A stretch of 37,535 nt of DNA from Chlorokybus atmophyticus (Eukaryota; Plantae; Mesostigma and Chlorokybus algae), in NCBI GenBank assembly GCA_009103225.1, contig RHPI01000671.1:470825-508359 (forward strand), read 5' to 3'. The first letter of the stretch is position 1. Each line of letters opens with the position of its first letter. The notes under the pieces were generated by a model, which saw only the letters and a program-made list of their open reading frames with translations, did not search any database and was not told where the DNA came from. Positions 20,303 through 32,516 of this stretch are shown here, piece by piece. The translations under genes were made by a program, and so were the position numbers.

Positions 20303-21495
20303 TCATAACTCAGGGAACTTGAGCCAGCAGACTGACTCCAAGTGACCCGCCTTGTGACAGTAGTTGCAGACTAGAGTTGAGTACTCTTCGGTGCACTCCT
20401 TTTGGTAGTGCCCATGCCGTCCACAGCGATAACACAGCACAGGGGCAGACAAAGCAACATGAGCTGACCGCTTCCCTTTGTCGCGTGCTGGTGTCGCGTC
20501 CCGACCACGTTCGCGGCGAGGAGGCGCGGTAGTGGTGCTAGCTACAGACCGTGAGGCGCTGCGGTTGATGTCCAGCACTGCCTTCTTATACATCAAGCGC
20601 TTGTGGATGGCTTGTGCAGTCTCGAAGGCTTCCTTGAGCGTGTAGCCAAGGGGCCTGCTGTAGTTCAGGGTCAAGCGCGTCGACTCGCTCAGGGTGGCAT
20701 CCAACTCGTTGACATGCACCACTGCAGCAGCCTCATCACTAACGATCTTGTAGTCAGTGTCCTTCAACAATCCTTCCAAACAGGAGTACATGCGTCGAGG
20801 GTCCTCGTTGGGCTTGCGCCGAAACTGTCTCAGCTCCTCCACTTTGCTGGTAGTCTGAGGTGGTAAGGTGCGACGAAGTGCAGCGTATAGGTCCTTGAGT
20901 GGAGAGTAAGAGATGGCAGCACCTACGGTTATGGTGCGCGCAGTGCAACCGATCCGAGGGTGAAAGCATTGCCTCGCGCACGAGAGCCAAGTTTTGCCAT
21001 AGGTAGAGGCGTGCCCACCTCAACGGCTGCAGCTCGTTGTTCTTCAAGGATAGCAGCCGCACGGTCCAGGATCCGGGCCCGTCGTGCGACTGTCTTGGTC
21101 TCAATCTCTGCAGGGGTCAGGTTGATGATCACCAAGTCAGGCTCCACCTCCTCTGCTCTCTCGACGGCTGCCGCTATGGACAAGCCGGTAATTGCAATTG
21201 GAGTAGCAGGTGGAGCGACGGCTACTAGACTGTGCAGTGATGCAGATGCTATGGTGCTGGCGAGCTCGCCATAGCTATCAACTCAATGCAGTTCAGCAAC
21301 AGACTTTCAGACATCGTGTGCTTCATGGTCCACATGCTGAGCAGCAATGTGGAAAGAAACTTCATCTGACCAGTCTTTAATCTTTAGAGCTTGCTATCGC
21401 ATCTTGGAATGGAACTTCATTACGAAATCGTATAGCGAGTTGGTGCCAACGCGTCCGAAGAAACGCAGGGATGTGGTTGGGCTGGAAGACTCCAT
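20303..21495 (-). pseudogene. Element A Gag with two CCHC zinc knuckles
   Basis: MESSSPTTSLRFFGRVGTNSLYDFVMKF.. parallels the B Gag start. Also VEELRQFRRKPNEDPRRMY; CYRCGRHGHYQKEC and CNYCHKAGHLESVC. Confidence 0.88.
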
Positions 21496-21697
21496 CTCGT
21501 GGTCGTCGCTGTCGGACGATAGTGTAAAAGCTTGATGACGAGGAGTAGGCCGGAACGGAGTGAAGCCGGAGAGCTTGTGCTGCTGCGATAAGCGAGCCTT
21601 TGCGCCTCTGCTGCTGCGATAAGCGAGCCTCTGCTGCTGCGATCGTTGCTCCTGTCGCTGGTCCGCTCGTAGGTGAGATTGGAGGTTGGGCTCTAAC

Positions 21698-22299
21698 TGT
21701 TAAGGTCACCCTCGTCTATTGGAGAGAACGGGGTGGTCCTGCTCATACAACTAGTCCACAGGTGAAAGTGTATGCTCTACTGTCTGTCTTGATGATGCTA
21801 CCACTCACCACACTAGTGCTTGTGTGCGCACTATGTGATAACAGTGAAAACGAATGCACAGAGATGTATCCCTAGATGTATACAGATCGCACTATTTGAT
21901 GCAGAATGCGCCGCACTCACTTGAGCAAAGAGGGTGACACTGTAAGTAAACAAGCCACTACGGTGACACTGTGAGTAAATAAGCCACTACGGTGCCACTA
22001 TAGGTAGTGCTGTAAACACAGTTCTGTGCATGAGTGGATGATGTGTTACACTGTTAAGTGAGGTGAACGAACAAGCAACTCAGAGATGCTATGTCCTAAT
22101 TGATGCAGCAAACACACCACCGCCAAGCTCACAGCAACGACAAGCACAGCACGCGAGAGCATACACTGTGTCTTACGCAGTAAGGCAGTTCTTGGCAACC
22201 GGGACGGTGTGCTTCCAGTTCAAGTCGCTTCACAAGCTCGTAAGTCAGAGTCTCTACTCTTCGTACTCACTCATAGTGTCACCAGCGAGTCTAGTGACA
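21698..22299 (-). repeat. Candidate 5' LTR of element A
   Basis: Non-coding block upstream of Gag bounded by TGTTA..TGACA. No partner copy in the window. Confidence 0.4.
21933..21999 (+). repeat. 29-bp tandem repeat, ~2.3 copies
   Basis: GGTGACACTGTAAGTAAACAAGCCACTAC / GGTGACACTGTGAGTAAATAAGCCACTAC / GGTGCCACT. Confidence 0.9.
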
Positions 22300-23676
22300 T
22301 GACTTCGTACTTATACATGTCAAATCACGACCGTGCAGTGCCACGCGGGCACTAGGCCAACGGTCACATCGAGGCCGTATGCCACTACGAATATCCCATA
22401 GGACTCGATATAACACATGAGCTATCAGCTATGATAACAGATTCCTGACTGATCAGCTACGCGCGGTTCCTACAGAAAGGTCTATAGAGTAGCCCTAGCT
22501 ACATGCTACATGAAGTACGAAGTAGCTGTAGGCTGAGGCGCGAGCGGTCTTCATGCTGGTAGCCCGGGCTTGTGGCTGAATGTAGGCATGCTCGAGGAGG
22601 ACTGGCATGCGAGGGTATTTGGCATGACATTACGGAGGTGCCTGCGCATCTACATGTAGAGGTGGCGGCAATGTTGCTCGAAGGAGCAACGCTTGTATGG
22701 TAGAGGCATCTGTGTACGCGTGTTGCAAGTGGGTTGGCGACACTATTGTCTATAATGGAAGAGTTGGCAGCAGAGGTCAGGCATCAATTTGTTCCCGTGG
22801 AAAGCGTGAAGGCCGCACGCGATCAACTTGCGACGCTTGTGCAAACCAAGTCGGTGATGGCGTACACAGCTGCGTTTTAGCGTTTGGTGATGTCCATTCC
22901 CAACATGACCGAGGAGGAGCAGCTGGACAGGTACACTCTTAGTTTAAAGCCTCTTGGTTGTAAGGAAGTGGAGCTCCGTAACCCATAAACGCTAGCCTAA
23001 GCGATACGCATTGCGGAGCTCTTGGATGCGTTGTACTTCAAGACAGCGACATAAAACTTTGATTGGCGGCGTGACCGTCAATGCGGGCGAAGCAACCAGG
23101 GATGAGAAGGCTTTGCGCGTGCTTGAAGGGGCAGAGAGTCGGCTTTTACACCCACACATGAGCATGGGGCTAGCTCGGGACCTGCACCAATGGAAGTGGG
23201 TGCAATCGATGCGCGCAAGGGTATGAGAAGGTCTACTGAGCGGCGTCCAGCTGGTGCTGTGCATAAGTGCTACGTGTGTGACTCCACCGAACATCTAGCC
23301 TTCAGCTGTCCAAAGAGAGCGCGAGGAGATGCGCCTGGTTGAGACATGCGTTGCAACAGCGTGAACGCGATGGAGCAAAACGGCGTGCGGCAGGGAAACA
23401 ACTGCCCTCGGTAGGTGCAGAGGCTACTACTGAGGATGGGAAGAAGCCTCAAGCATGCCCGAATTGTCCAACACGTTGCTCAAGCGAGGAGACTCATGAC
23501 CACGGAGGCATGGTAACGGTGTATACTCCAATGGTGGTGAGTTATGCTAGTTGAAAAGCACGAAAATACTAAAGAGTCCGAGCACGCATTCGAGACGATG
23601 GAGGAAGATGGAGAGAGTGCAAGTTGATGATTGAAAGGGGAGCAAATAGCAATTCCATGGCGGAAGTTGTTGCACC

Positions 23677-24099
23677 TGTTGAAGGACTATCATGCACATG
23701 TAGCTGAGGCAAGCATGGACTCACAGAGACAGAGCTACCGCCACCAGAGCATACACAAGTCACATCGCATTCATCTATTACAAGTTGTCCGCTGGTTTCT
23801 ATACCAGCCAGTTACATACACGTCTACATTTGCAAGCACTGCGTAAGCTATACTCAGCCTTTTTACGCGCTCTAAGCTGCGCTGCCTTTCTTACAGCTAG
23901 AGCTTTCAACAAGCTCTCACACGCCCAATATGAGTAAGTATACGCGGAGATACGAAGCAATCGGTAAGGCTCTAGTCTGGAGTCCAGAGTCTGGTCCGAC
24001 GGTGCCGTCTTGCTAAGTCCGAACCTAGTGCTCGTCTTTACGAACTTCTACTCCTATGTGGAGGGTCGATGCTGATCGTATGTAGGAATACTCTCAACA
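23677..24099. mobile_element. Solo LTR (423 bp) inserted in the element C protease
   Basis: TGTTGA...TCAACA termini, flanked by GCACC/GCACG (4/5 TSD match). The protease frame MIERGANSNSMAEVVA|RRFGRLSPLRGGEVRLAD is restored on removal. Confidence 0.8.
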
Positions 24100-25052
24100 G
24101 CACGGCGATTCGGACGGCTCTCACCGTTGCGTGGAGGAGAAGTCAGGCTTGCTGATAAAAGAGAACCTTACGGGGCTGAAGGAGTGTCATTCATGAGCAA
24201 AGAGCTGCAAGTCCGCATTGGTCAAGTGAGTGAGCGTATGCGATTTTGCTGCATCACATTGAAGAACGGGTCTGATGGAGTTGTGGGTCTACTGTGGCTA
24301 TATAAACACAATCCAAGCATCAATTGGAGGCGACACGTGCTCACCGTTCGTGGAGAGATCATACATGGCTTACGCAATTGCCCCATTAAAGCTAAAGACC
24401 ACCCCAGCGACGACGGCGGTTGTGCAGCGGCGTCGGGACAACACAGGGCGATCACGGCAAAGAAAATTGCAAGCATTGCGGGAGTGGACTCCGGAAGAGG
24501 TAAACATCCCGGTGTGTCTGCAATTCCTCAGGTGTCATACGCAAAGTTAAAGACGTCGCTATCCCCACGAAAGGCGAAAGGTGTATGGTTGTGCGTGGTG
24601 CGTGAGAAAGCTATCAAGACAGCACATCAGACCGCAAGTAACGCGGAGGCTAAAACAGACCCCGAAGTGTGTGAACTCTTAAGGGATTCAAGGACATCGT
24701 GATGGACGGGCTACCACCCGGTCTACCACCTCTAAGAGATGTAGACCATGTAATAAAGCTCGTTGAGGGCGTACACAACCCACCGTACCGGCCCGTATAC
24801 AAGTTGTCACCTTTGGAGCTTGAAGAGGCGGAGCGACCAGTAGCGGACTTGCTCAAGCGCGGCTACATTTGCCTAGTAAGTCTCCATATGGTGCGCCCAT
24901 CTTGTTCGTGAGGAAGAAGAACGGTGGATTGCGTATATATGTGGACTACCGCGCTCTCAACGACATTACGAAAAAGCATTGCTTTCCACTACCGCGAATT
25001 GACGAGTTGCTGGAGCAGCTACAAGGTGCACAATACTTTACGACACTTGATC

Positions 25053-25241
25053 GGGGGGGGGGGGGGGGGGGGNNNNNNNNNNNNNNNNNNNNNNNNNNNN
25101 NNNNNNNNNNNNNNNNNNNNNNNNNNNNNNNNNNNNNNNNNNNNNNNNNNNNNNNNNNNNNNNNNNNNNNNNNNNNNNNNNNNNNNNNNNNNNNNNNNNN
25201 NNNNNNNNNNNNNNNNNNNNNNNNNNNNNNNNNNNNNNNNN

Positions 25242-25271
<30 letters not shown>
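25053..25271. other. Poly-G-flanked N gap inside the element C RT (assembly gap/artefact)
   Basis: G run 25053-25072, N 25073-25241, G run 25242-25271, between TTLD and YHQIRI. Confidence 0.9.
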
Positions 25272-25274
<3 letters not shown>

Positions 25275-27516
25275 GTATCACCAAATTCGCATTGCACATG
25301 GAGAAGCCTGCGTTTAATACACGTTACGGTCACTACGAGTGGGTGGTGATGTTTTTTGGCCTTAAAAACGCACCGGCGACTTTTTAAAGCCTAATGAACG
25401 GAGTCTTTGATGACTTGACTGGCAAGGGAGTGCTCGTCTACCATAAAGACATTTTGATGTATTCGAAGACAAAACAGGAGCACATACGACTTGTACGGTG
25501 CGTGTTGCAGCGGTTAGAGGAGCATAAGTTGTATGCTCAGCTACAGAAGTGCAAGTTCTTGCTTGAAGAGGTGGAGTACCTTGGCCATATTGTGTCGCGT
25601 GAGGGAATCAAGCCCGACCCAAGCAACATTCAAGCGGTGCGTGATTGGCCAGCCGCGACCAATGTAAAGGACGTGATGTCATTTTGCCGGCTTTCATCGC
25701 AAGTTCATTAGGGGATTTTCGCATATTGCGGCACCTTCAACCACCCTACTCAAGAAAGGGAAGCCTTGGAGCTGGTCTGCAAGCGAGGAGCGTGGATTGT
25801 AATTTTAAAGCAGGCATTAATTAAGGCACCAATCTTGGTTCACCCTGACATGCAAAAGCCCTTCGTTTTGGCTTGCGACGCGTCCGGCACAGCTATAGGA
25901 GCTGTTTTGCAGCAAGACCATGGCAATGGCCTTCAACCAGTGGCGTTCTTTAGCAAGAAAATGAGTGATGCGAAGTTAAACTACCCCGTGCACGAGAAGG
26001 AGCTCTTGGCGCAAGTAATGGCACTATGATAATGGCATTGTTTTCTAGAAGGCAAGAAGTTCGTGCTTGAGACGGATCATTCTCCACTGAGGAACTTACA
26101 AACACAGCCTCATTTAAGTCGGAGACAAGCACGATGGTTGGAGTTCTTTCAGCTTTTCGACTTTAACGTTAAGTACAAGCCCGGTACGTCCAATAGTGTG
26201 GCCGATGCATTAAGTCGAGTGAATGCGATGGAGGTCCTCGCGCAAGTGCAGCTTGAGTGGGTAGACTAGACATACAAGACGTGTTACATGAAGAGATGGA
26301 AGGAAGAAGCAAGATGCAAGAGTTAACGAAAAGGGTCCGAATGCAAGCGATCACTAGGCATTGAAGGACGGACTTCTTTGGCACCACGGGCGCATGTACA
26401 TCCCTAACATCCAACATATAAGGGTACGTTTGATGAAGAAAGCGCATGATGTCCCCATTGCAGGACACCAAGGGCTAGAGAGGACATTGGCAAGCTTAAA
26501 ACATCGTTTTTATGGCGGGAGATGCATAGAGACGTGCGCGACTACGTAGCCTTGTACGACACTTATTAAAGAGTGAAGGCCATTAACCAAAAGCCAGGTC
26601 GGCTGATTTAATCGCTGCCAATACCATCATCCAAGTGGGAGAAGTTACCATGGACTTCATTGTCGGAATACCAAAAACACGTGACGGGTATGACGCAATA
26701 CTAATGTTCGTGGACAAAACAAGTAAAATGGTGCGCTTAGCTCCATGTCGCAAGGATTGCAGTGCACTGGAGGCAGCACGATTGCTTTTTAAGCATGTCT
26801 TTCGCTTACATGGCTTACCAAGGAGTATCGTGACGGATCGCGACCCAAGTTTAACAAGTAAGTTTTGGGAGGCGCTGCACAGAGCGTAAGGCACTACCGT
26901 AAAGTTCAGCACGTCATTCCATCCGCAAACGGATGGCCAAATGGAGCGCGCAAATTGCGTGTTTGAAGACATGCTGCGATGCTACATGAACGCACGACAA
27001 GATAATTGGGCAGAGTTACTCGAAGTGGCTGAATTCGCAATAAACAATTCTAAGAATGCAAGCATCCGCGTTACCCCCTTCCTGATGAATTACGGTCAGC
27101 ATCCATTGACGCCGTTGACAGCATGAGTACCACAAGGAGATGTGCATGCTGAGGCGGCGGGTGACTTCTTGAAGATATGTGCTGACATCACCAAAGCGGC
27201 TAGAGAACCGTTATTAGTGGCGCAAAACAGGCAGAAGCAGTACGCAAACGCTCATCGCCGGCACATTACATTAAATGAAGGTGACATGGTTTTGCTGTCT
27301 GCCAAGAAATTGCAGGTACGTGCTGGAGTTTGCAAGTTAAGTGAACGCTGGCTTAGACCATTCAAAGTCATCAAGGTAATCTCGAACGTCGCGTACAAGT
27401 TGAAACTACCTGAGACTATGCACATCCACCCTGTCTTTCATATATCCCTACTGAACCCATATTGAGGATAACCAGCATTGCGTCCACCGCCTGAGTTGGC
27501 GACAGACGATCATGTG

Positions 27517-27650
27517 GAATATAAAGTGGAGGACATTGTGGGGGAGAAACTGGTGCGCATCGTGCGCAAATACTTAGTGAAGTGGAAGGGCTACCCTATG
27601 CATCAGGCCACTTGGGAACCGGAGGCGCACCTGGCGAATGCACAACAACT
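27517..27650 (+). pseudogene. Integrase C-terminal chromodomain of element C
   Basis: EYKVEDIVGEKLVRIVRKYLVKWKGYPMHQATWEPEAHL. Confidence 0.92.
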
Positions 27651-27725
27651 TTGCAAGCGTATCCGCAACGACGATCAGGACAACCTTGCGAGCTTCGAGG
27701 ACAAAGCTCACCTACGGGGGAGGAG

Positions 27726-28400
27726 TGCAATAGTCGACGTCAATTTCATGATTTCATGACCTTTTAGGCCTTATCTGTCAAGTTTCATGTTTTCATGACT
27801 TGTGGCGGTTATTGGTGTGTTGTGAGTCTGCCGCAGATATCGACCGGCCCCAGGACCGGTCTAGAAGACGCCAGAAACGGAGGGCCAGTCGAGCAGGCCT
27901 CGACCAGATTTCTGGAAGGGTCTGGCGCCAAATAGTATAACGTTGTCATATGGGCATCTTTTGAGGAGTTCCTTGGTGCGTAGGAAAGGTCTAGAAGTGT
28001 ACTACAAGATTCTTCATTAATATCTTAGCTTATAGTTCCGTCTAGCGCTAGAATTGTCTAGATGGTAGCATGTGCAGATCGATAGGTATAAAAGGGACAT
28101 TTCACTATCCGCAAAACAACCTTTAACTCCCTAGTTTCTTGTGTGCAAGCTTGGAGGTGGTTAGCAGGGGTTGCTAGCCTGTGTTCACTGGTGTGTGCTT
28201 GCTTGTGTGACAATCTAAGGCGCTACACAAGTTGGTGTGTAGCTTCGAGCGCATGCGCGTGCGTACGCGAGTGGCGGGGCGCGCGTGGGTGCTTGGCAAA
28301 GGGGGCAAGGTTCCGGTGTGAATACCGTGTCTTGGTGAGAGGGTTGTCGATTGGACCAACTCACAGGTGTCAAAGCACGAGCACCATCACAGCCGCCGCC
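27726..28400 (+). repeat. 3' LTR of element C (right boundary approximate)
   Basis: Begins right after the PPT. TATAAAA at ~28087. Non-coding. Confidence 0.6.
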
Positions 28401-28439
28401 GCCTCCAGTCATGTGCGCTTTTTTTCGTTTTTGTTCTCC

Positions 28440-29035
28440 GCATTCATAATTCCGTTTTCCCGGAATTATTGTAGGCATCCTGTGACGCCTATGTCTCTAC
28501 AAGTTCAGCCATTGAGCAAAGTGCCTACGGCTAGAGACTTTACAAACCAAATGCACGCTGCATTGTGCCAAAGACTGTCCGAGAGCAGCTCATCGATTGG
28601 CATAAGTGTAAGCTAATCGGCAGCGCAGGCCAGGAGAGGGCTTGCAAGTTGGGGACAAGGTCTTGTTAAGTATTAAGAACATTGGGCTCAAGACCAGTGG
28701 TGTACGTAAGCTCTTGCTCAGTTGGCTTGGGCCGTTCACTGTCTCTGCAACTGTGGGATCACGGGCCTTTTGGCTTGAATTGTCAAAGAGCATGCGTGTC
28801 CACAATGTGTTTCATAAGGCAATGCTCAAGCCATACAAGAGCGATGGCAGAGTATGCCACCTCCACCTCCTGTTGAGATAGAGGGCGACCTTGAGTATGA
28901 GGTCGAGGCCATTGTTGGCAAACAGTAAGGAAGTTCAGGAAGGGCTTCCGATCTGAGTGCCTTGTAAGTGGATGGGTTGTGGTGAAGAGCATAACCTTTC
29001 GGAGCCAATCTTTAAATGGCAAACTGTACTGCTAA
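28440..29035 (+). mobile_element. Element E: integrase C-terminus plus chromodomain remnant of a second chromodomain-type Gypsy
   Basis: PFSRNYCRHPVTP; LQVGDKVLLSIKNI..WLGPFTV..VHNVFHKAMLKPY; DLEYEVEAIVGK..KWMGCGEEHN. Confidence 0.88.
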
Positions 29036-29328
29036 GTTGGAAGAGTTAGAGAGTGAGCTCAAGTCCACAGGTGCCACTTAAAGAAGTTTGCGCTCTTGAG
29101 CTTGTGCTCAATTGTAATATGTGCAACATCCCTTCGTAACATGCCAACACGCGTGCACTGGTTAATCAGTAGCAAAGTTGGTTGTCACTCCAATGAATTG
29201 CACTTGCTTTATGCGTAGTGTGCGGTGGTTTGGAAGGGCTGGCCACCCTTGCTAGCAATCATCGTGCGGCATTGATGTGTCCGAGGATGGACAAATAAGT
29301 CAGCTTGTGCTGACTGGTTAGCGCATAG

Positions 29329-29738
29329 GTGGCGTCTCAGCGAGAACGGCCTCATCGCTGCCGTTTACACTGTCACTGCTCTCATAACTGAAGTTGTCAC
29401 CAACAACGCTGTATGTGTGTGTAAGCTGTTAATGGTGCTAGTGTTACTCGTAATGAGATGTTGGTGATCGCCGTGTGGTTGGCGGGTTGTGACCCCCTGA
29501 TGTTCTCGATTGTGCTTAAGGCTTCAAACTAGGAGGGTTATGCATTTGTAAAGTTTGTATACATGCTGATAAAGATGGCGTCGGCATTTATGACTTATGA
29601 CGCCAATTGGGTACCAATGCAACCTGATAATGTAAGCTCCGGCGGTATAAGTATACGGACTACCCGTGCATTGGTGTTCTGCTCCGGGTTGTTGGCATCC
29701 TTTCCATAATTGTCATCTGCCTCATTGACAAGTGGTGA
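29329..29738 (+). pseudogene. C-terminal exons of an SLC13/DASS (SLT-like) transporter
   Basis: Exon 29329-29410 (AG|..|GTATGT) gives WRLSENGLIAAVYTVTALITEVVTNNA. Then MLVIAVWLAGCDPLMFSIV. Then ASAFM/TPIGYQCNLIM*AP/GGYKYTDYPCIGVLLRVVGILSIIVICLIDKW*, matching the family motif TPIGYQTNLMVYGPGGY.F.DF..IG. Stop, 7-bp duplication and frameshift present. Confidence 0.85.
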
Positions 29739-30564
29739 ATTCTTGTCATTACCCTCCTCGCGCTGACGCCCATTAATTACCAAGTCCCACGCTACGTAAG
29801 CCCTCGCCCTCTCTGCTCATGCACACGCGCGCGCAACCATGCACATACCTATGTATTCCACGCCACCACGCCGGACTCGCTCAGTAGTAATTCATCACTC
29901 TAATGGTGTGTCCTTTTATATCTGCAGAAGCGGCGGATTTGAGAGCGGCTACGGGTTGAGCAGGAGGGTCAAGGGGATGCACCACTCAATGCACGACATG
30001 TCACTCTCTTGCAAGTACTTGTTTGTTGCTCATTACCCTCGTTGCAGTCTTATAGCTATGCTCTCATAGTGATGTTTTCACTTGCGCCAGCATGTGCACG
30101 TATACAAAAACACTCGCATGCACGCTTACACACGTGTGTGCAGGCTCTCGACAATGGTGAATCCAAGGCGGTGCTGTTGTTGCAACACGAATGAGAAAGC
30201 GAGCTGGTCATGGAATCGGCTGTAGACGCTACCGAACTGCGGAAAAGGCGAAACGCAGTGCCACCTGCGCTATAGTTGAAATGAGTATAATCCTTGCATT
30301 GATAGAGTTGCAACACATTGGCAACAAAAGTGGTCCACCTATTGATGAGAAGGACAACTTGCCTCTTCAACCCCGTGTTTGTACATATGCTACGAATTGT
30401 CGTAAAAAGTTTGCCACTTCATGTTACATTTGGCGGACTCGCACAAGTGTTCCATCATTTCCACAAGTTTGTTGGAGTGGATTGCCTACGAATATAAGTG
30501 GTAGTGCACGCCGTTCATGTGCAGCCGAGTGTGTGAACACCTGCCTGCAAGCAGCCTTTAGCAA

Positions 30565-30815
<251 letters not shown>

Positions 30816-31342
30816 CTCAATGTTTATTGGAAAGCAGTTCTTGCCACATCACCAACCCCGTGAACTTGAGTTGCTTCCATTCGCGATTATATTGCTTCGC
30901 ACATGTGATATTCAATCACCGTGTGTCACGCTCACACTACCACATCATTGGCATTGACCTGCTATGTACAGCCACCTGCTACGTGCACTGGCGCATATCT
31001 CCTTGCGCGTGCATCGTCATCAATGCGAACAATGGTTGTCCGCACTAATGCTGGGCTAGTTGCCTCTGCTGCTTTGCGGCCGCCCCCTCACTCATGTGCC
31101 AACACATTGTCAGTCTCCGTCGCAATTGCGGGGAGGGGGACCCATTGACACCCACCTTCGTGATCATCCCCACCATCATCATGGTTCCCATTGCCCGCCT
31201 CTCCCTGAGCGCCAATGCCTGCGCGCGCTGTAGCTTAGCTTAGCTTAGCGCACAGACAGTGCGCTGCCGGTAGGCCCTGAGGCAGAGGAAGGCTCCACAC
31301 AGCGATGCTTCACACATGGCAATGCCGCCGCCGTTTGACTGG

Positions 31343-32516
31343 CGCACCGCAGCAGCTGTTGACGTTTGACGTTGATGTGCGCGACACCTTCGGCACTCTT
31401 ATGAAGCTCACGACATACCCGCCACCGTTGCCATACAGCTAACACTGCCTGTGACGATGAAAGGCATCGGGATTCGCAACTGTATTGCCGCGGCCTCAGC
31501 TGCTTTCATTGATGGTTGGGCAGCGGTTGCATACGTCATTCGCTGAGATTCATTTCTGTAGCAGCGGCATCGTCCGTCCTACCAAGCGCGATTGACGAGG
31601 TGGCCACCGGCAGTTTCAGCACGATCTGCGTCCGGCCTTGCAGCTGCTGCCAGTCAGTATAGTTCTTTTGTGGCGTTTGCTGCTGGCAATAGTCGGCACA
31701 TACATGAGGATCTCACCGGCAAGATAGACTCTGCGGTCAGGGCATTGTTTATAGCAGCCACGGCACCGGATGATGTCACGGCTGCAGATGGCGGCAGGCA
31801 TCGGAGCAGGAGCTTAGCTATTGTGCGTGCATGTGCGCAAAGAGTGACAGATGTCCGAGTCCGAGTTGCGCACTGCCGTTCGCCACCTGCTAGGGCTATC
31901 ACATCCGCTATTGTTGGGCGTGCATGTGCAGACGTGCGCTTGCGGCGAGCTGCACGACGCACTAGGTCTTCATCTTTCGGACTGCATGTGGGAGGGTTAC
32001 CGCACGAGGGTTTACAATGTGGTGCGTGACGCTCTTATTAACATCATGCGCGAGGCAGGCCATGTTATTAGCAGAGTGCAGGTCAGGTATCTGCCAAACA
32101 TCAGCGCGGGCGTTGGTCGACATCGCATGGACATCGTGGCTGCGGAGACGGGTTGTAATGCCCGTCTACTTTTGGATGTTACCATCACACGCGCTCGTGC
32201 TTTGCCGGGTGCTGGTGCGCGGGCAACAGAGCAGGCGAAGCGCGCGAAGTACAGCGATTGTCACCCGATGGACACATTCATACCGCTGGCATTAGAGACA
32301 TACGGTTTGATGGGCGAGCTTTTGGTGTGTATGATATCACATTGTGTTGTTTTGCGAGGAGATCGGGAATCGCACTTTAAAGGCTCGCTACGTGTCTTGG
32401 TTCGTGACACCGTACCCGCAGCGCGTGACCGCTGCGCTGCAGCGCGCGCGCTGGCTTCTGCGTTGTTGGCATCCGCTGCGATCATGCGCGAGGAGTGCCC
32501 GGCCCCACGACATTGA
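31343..32516 (+). mobile_element. Non-LTR retrotransposon fragment of the RLE type (CRE-like): post-RT region, CCHC finger, restriction-like endonuclease
   Basis: LTLPVTMKGIGIRNCIAAASAAFIDGW; CACGELHDALGLHLSDC; RMDIVAA..LLLDVTI..AKRAKY..FIPLALETYG; frameshifted PYPQRVTAALQRA. Confidence 0.85.

Larger units (their letters stand above)
3536..22299 (-). mobile_element. Element A: degenerate Ty3/Gypsy LTR retrotransposon, Gag-PR-C5 MTase-RT-RH-IN-PHD, interrupted by element B and by an insertion at 4686-5006
   Basis: Collinear domains on the minus strand from Gag (21495) to PHD (~3610). PPT-like AGGGGGGG at 3541-3548. The RT frame is restored exactly across element B (NKIKQ|DMYQMP). Many stops and frameshifts. 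A matching LTR pair was not found. Confidence 0.85.
22591..28400 (+). mobile_element. Element C: degenerate chromodomain-type Ty3/Gypsy (Gag-PR-RT-RH-IN-chromodomain-3' LTR); 5' LTR not seen
   Basis: ARDQLATLVQTKSVMAYTAAF*RLVMSIPNM (Gag); CYVCDSTEHLAFSC; PR remnants; [21 protein letters not shown]; ACDASGTAIGAVLQQ; VTMDFIVG..TDRD..QTDGQMER; chromodomain; PPT CGGGGGAGGAG at 27715-27725. Confidence 0.92.

Noticed and set aside
21933-21999. CRISPR-like 29-bp direct repeats
   Set aside because: Repeats are directly adjacent with no spacers, only ~2 copies, eukaryotic LTR context.
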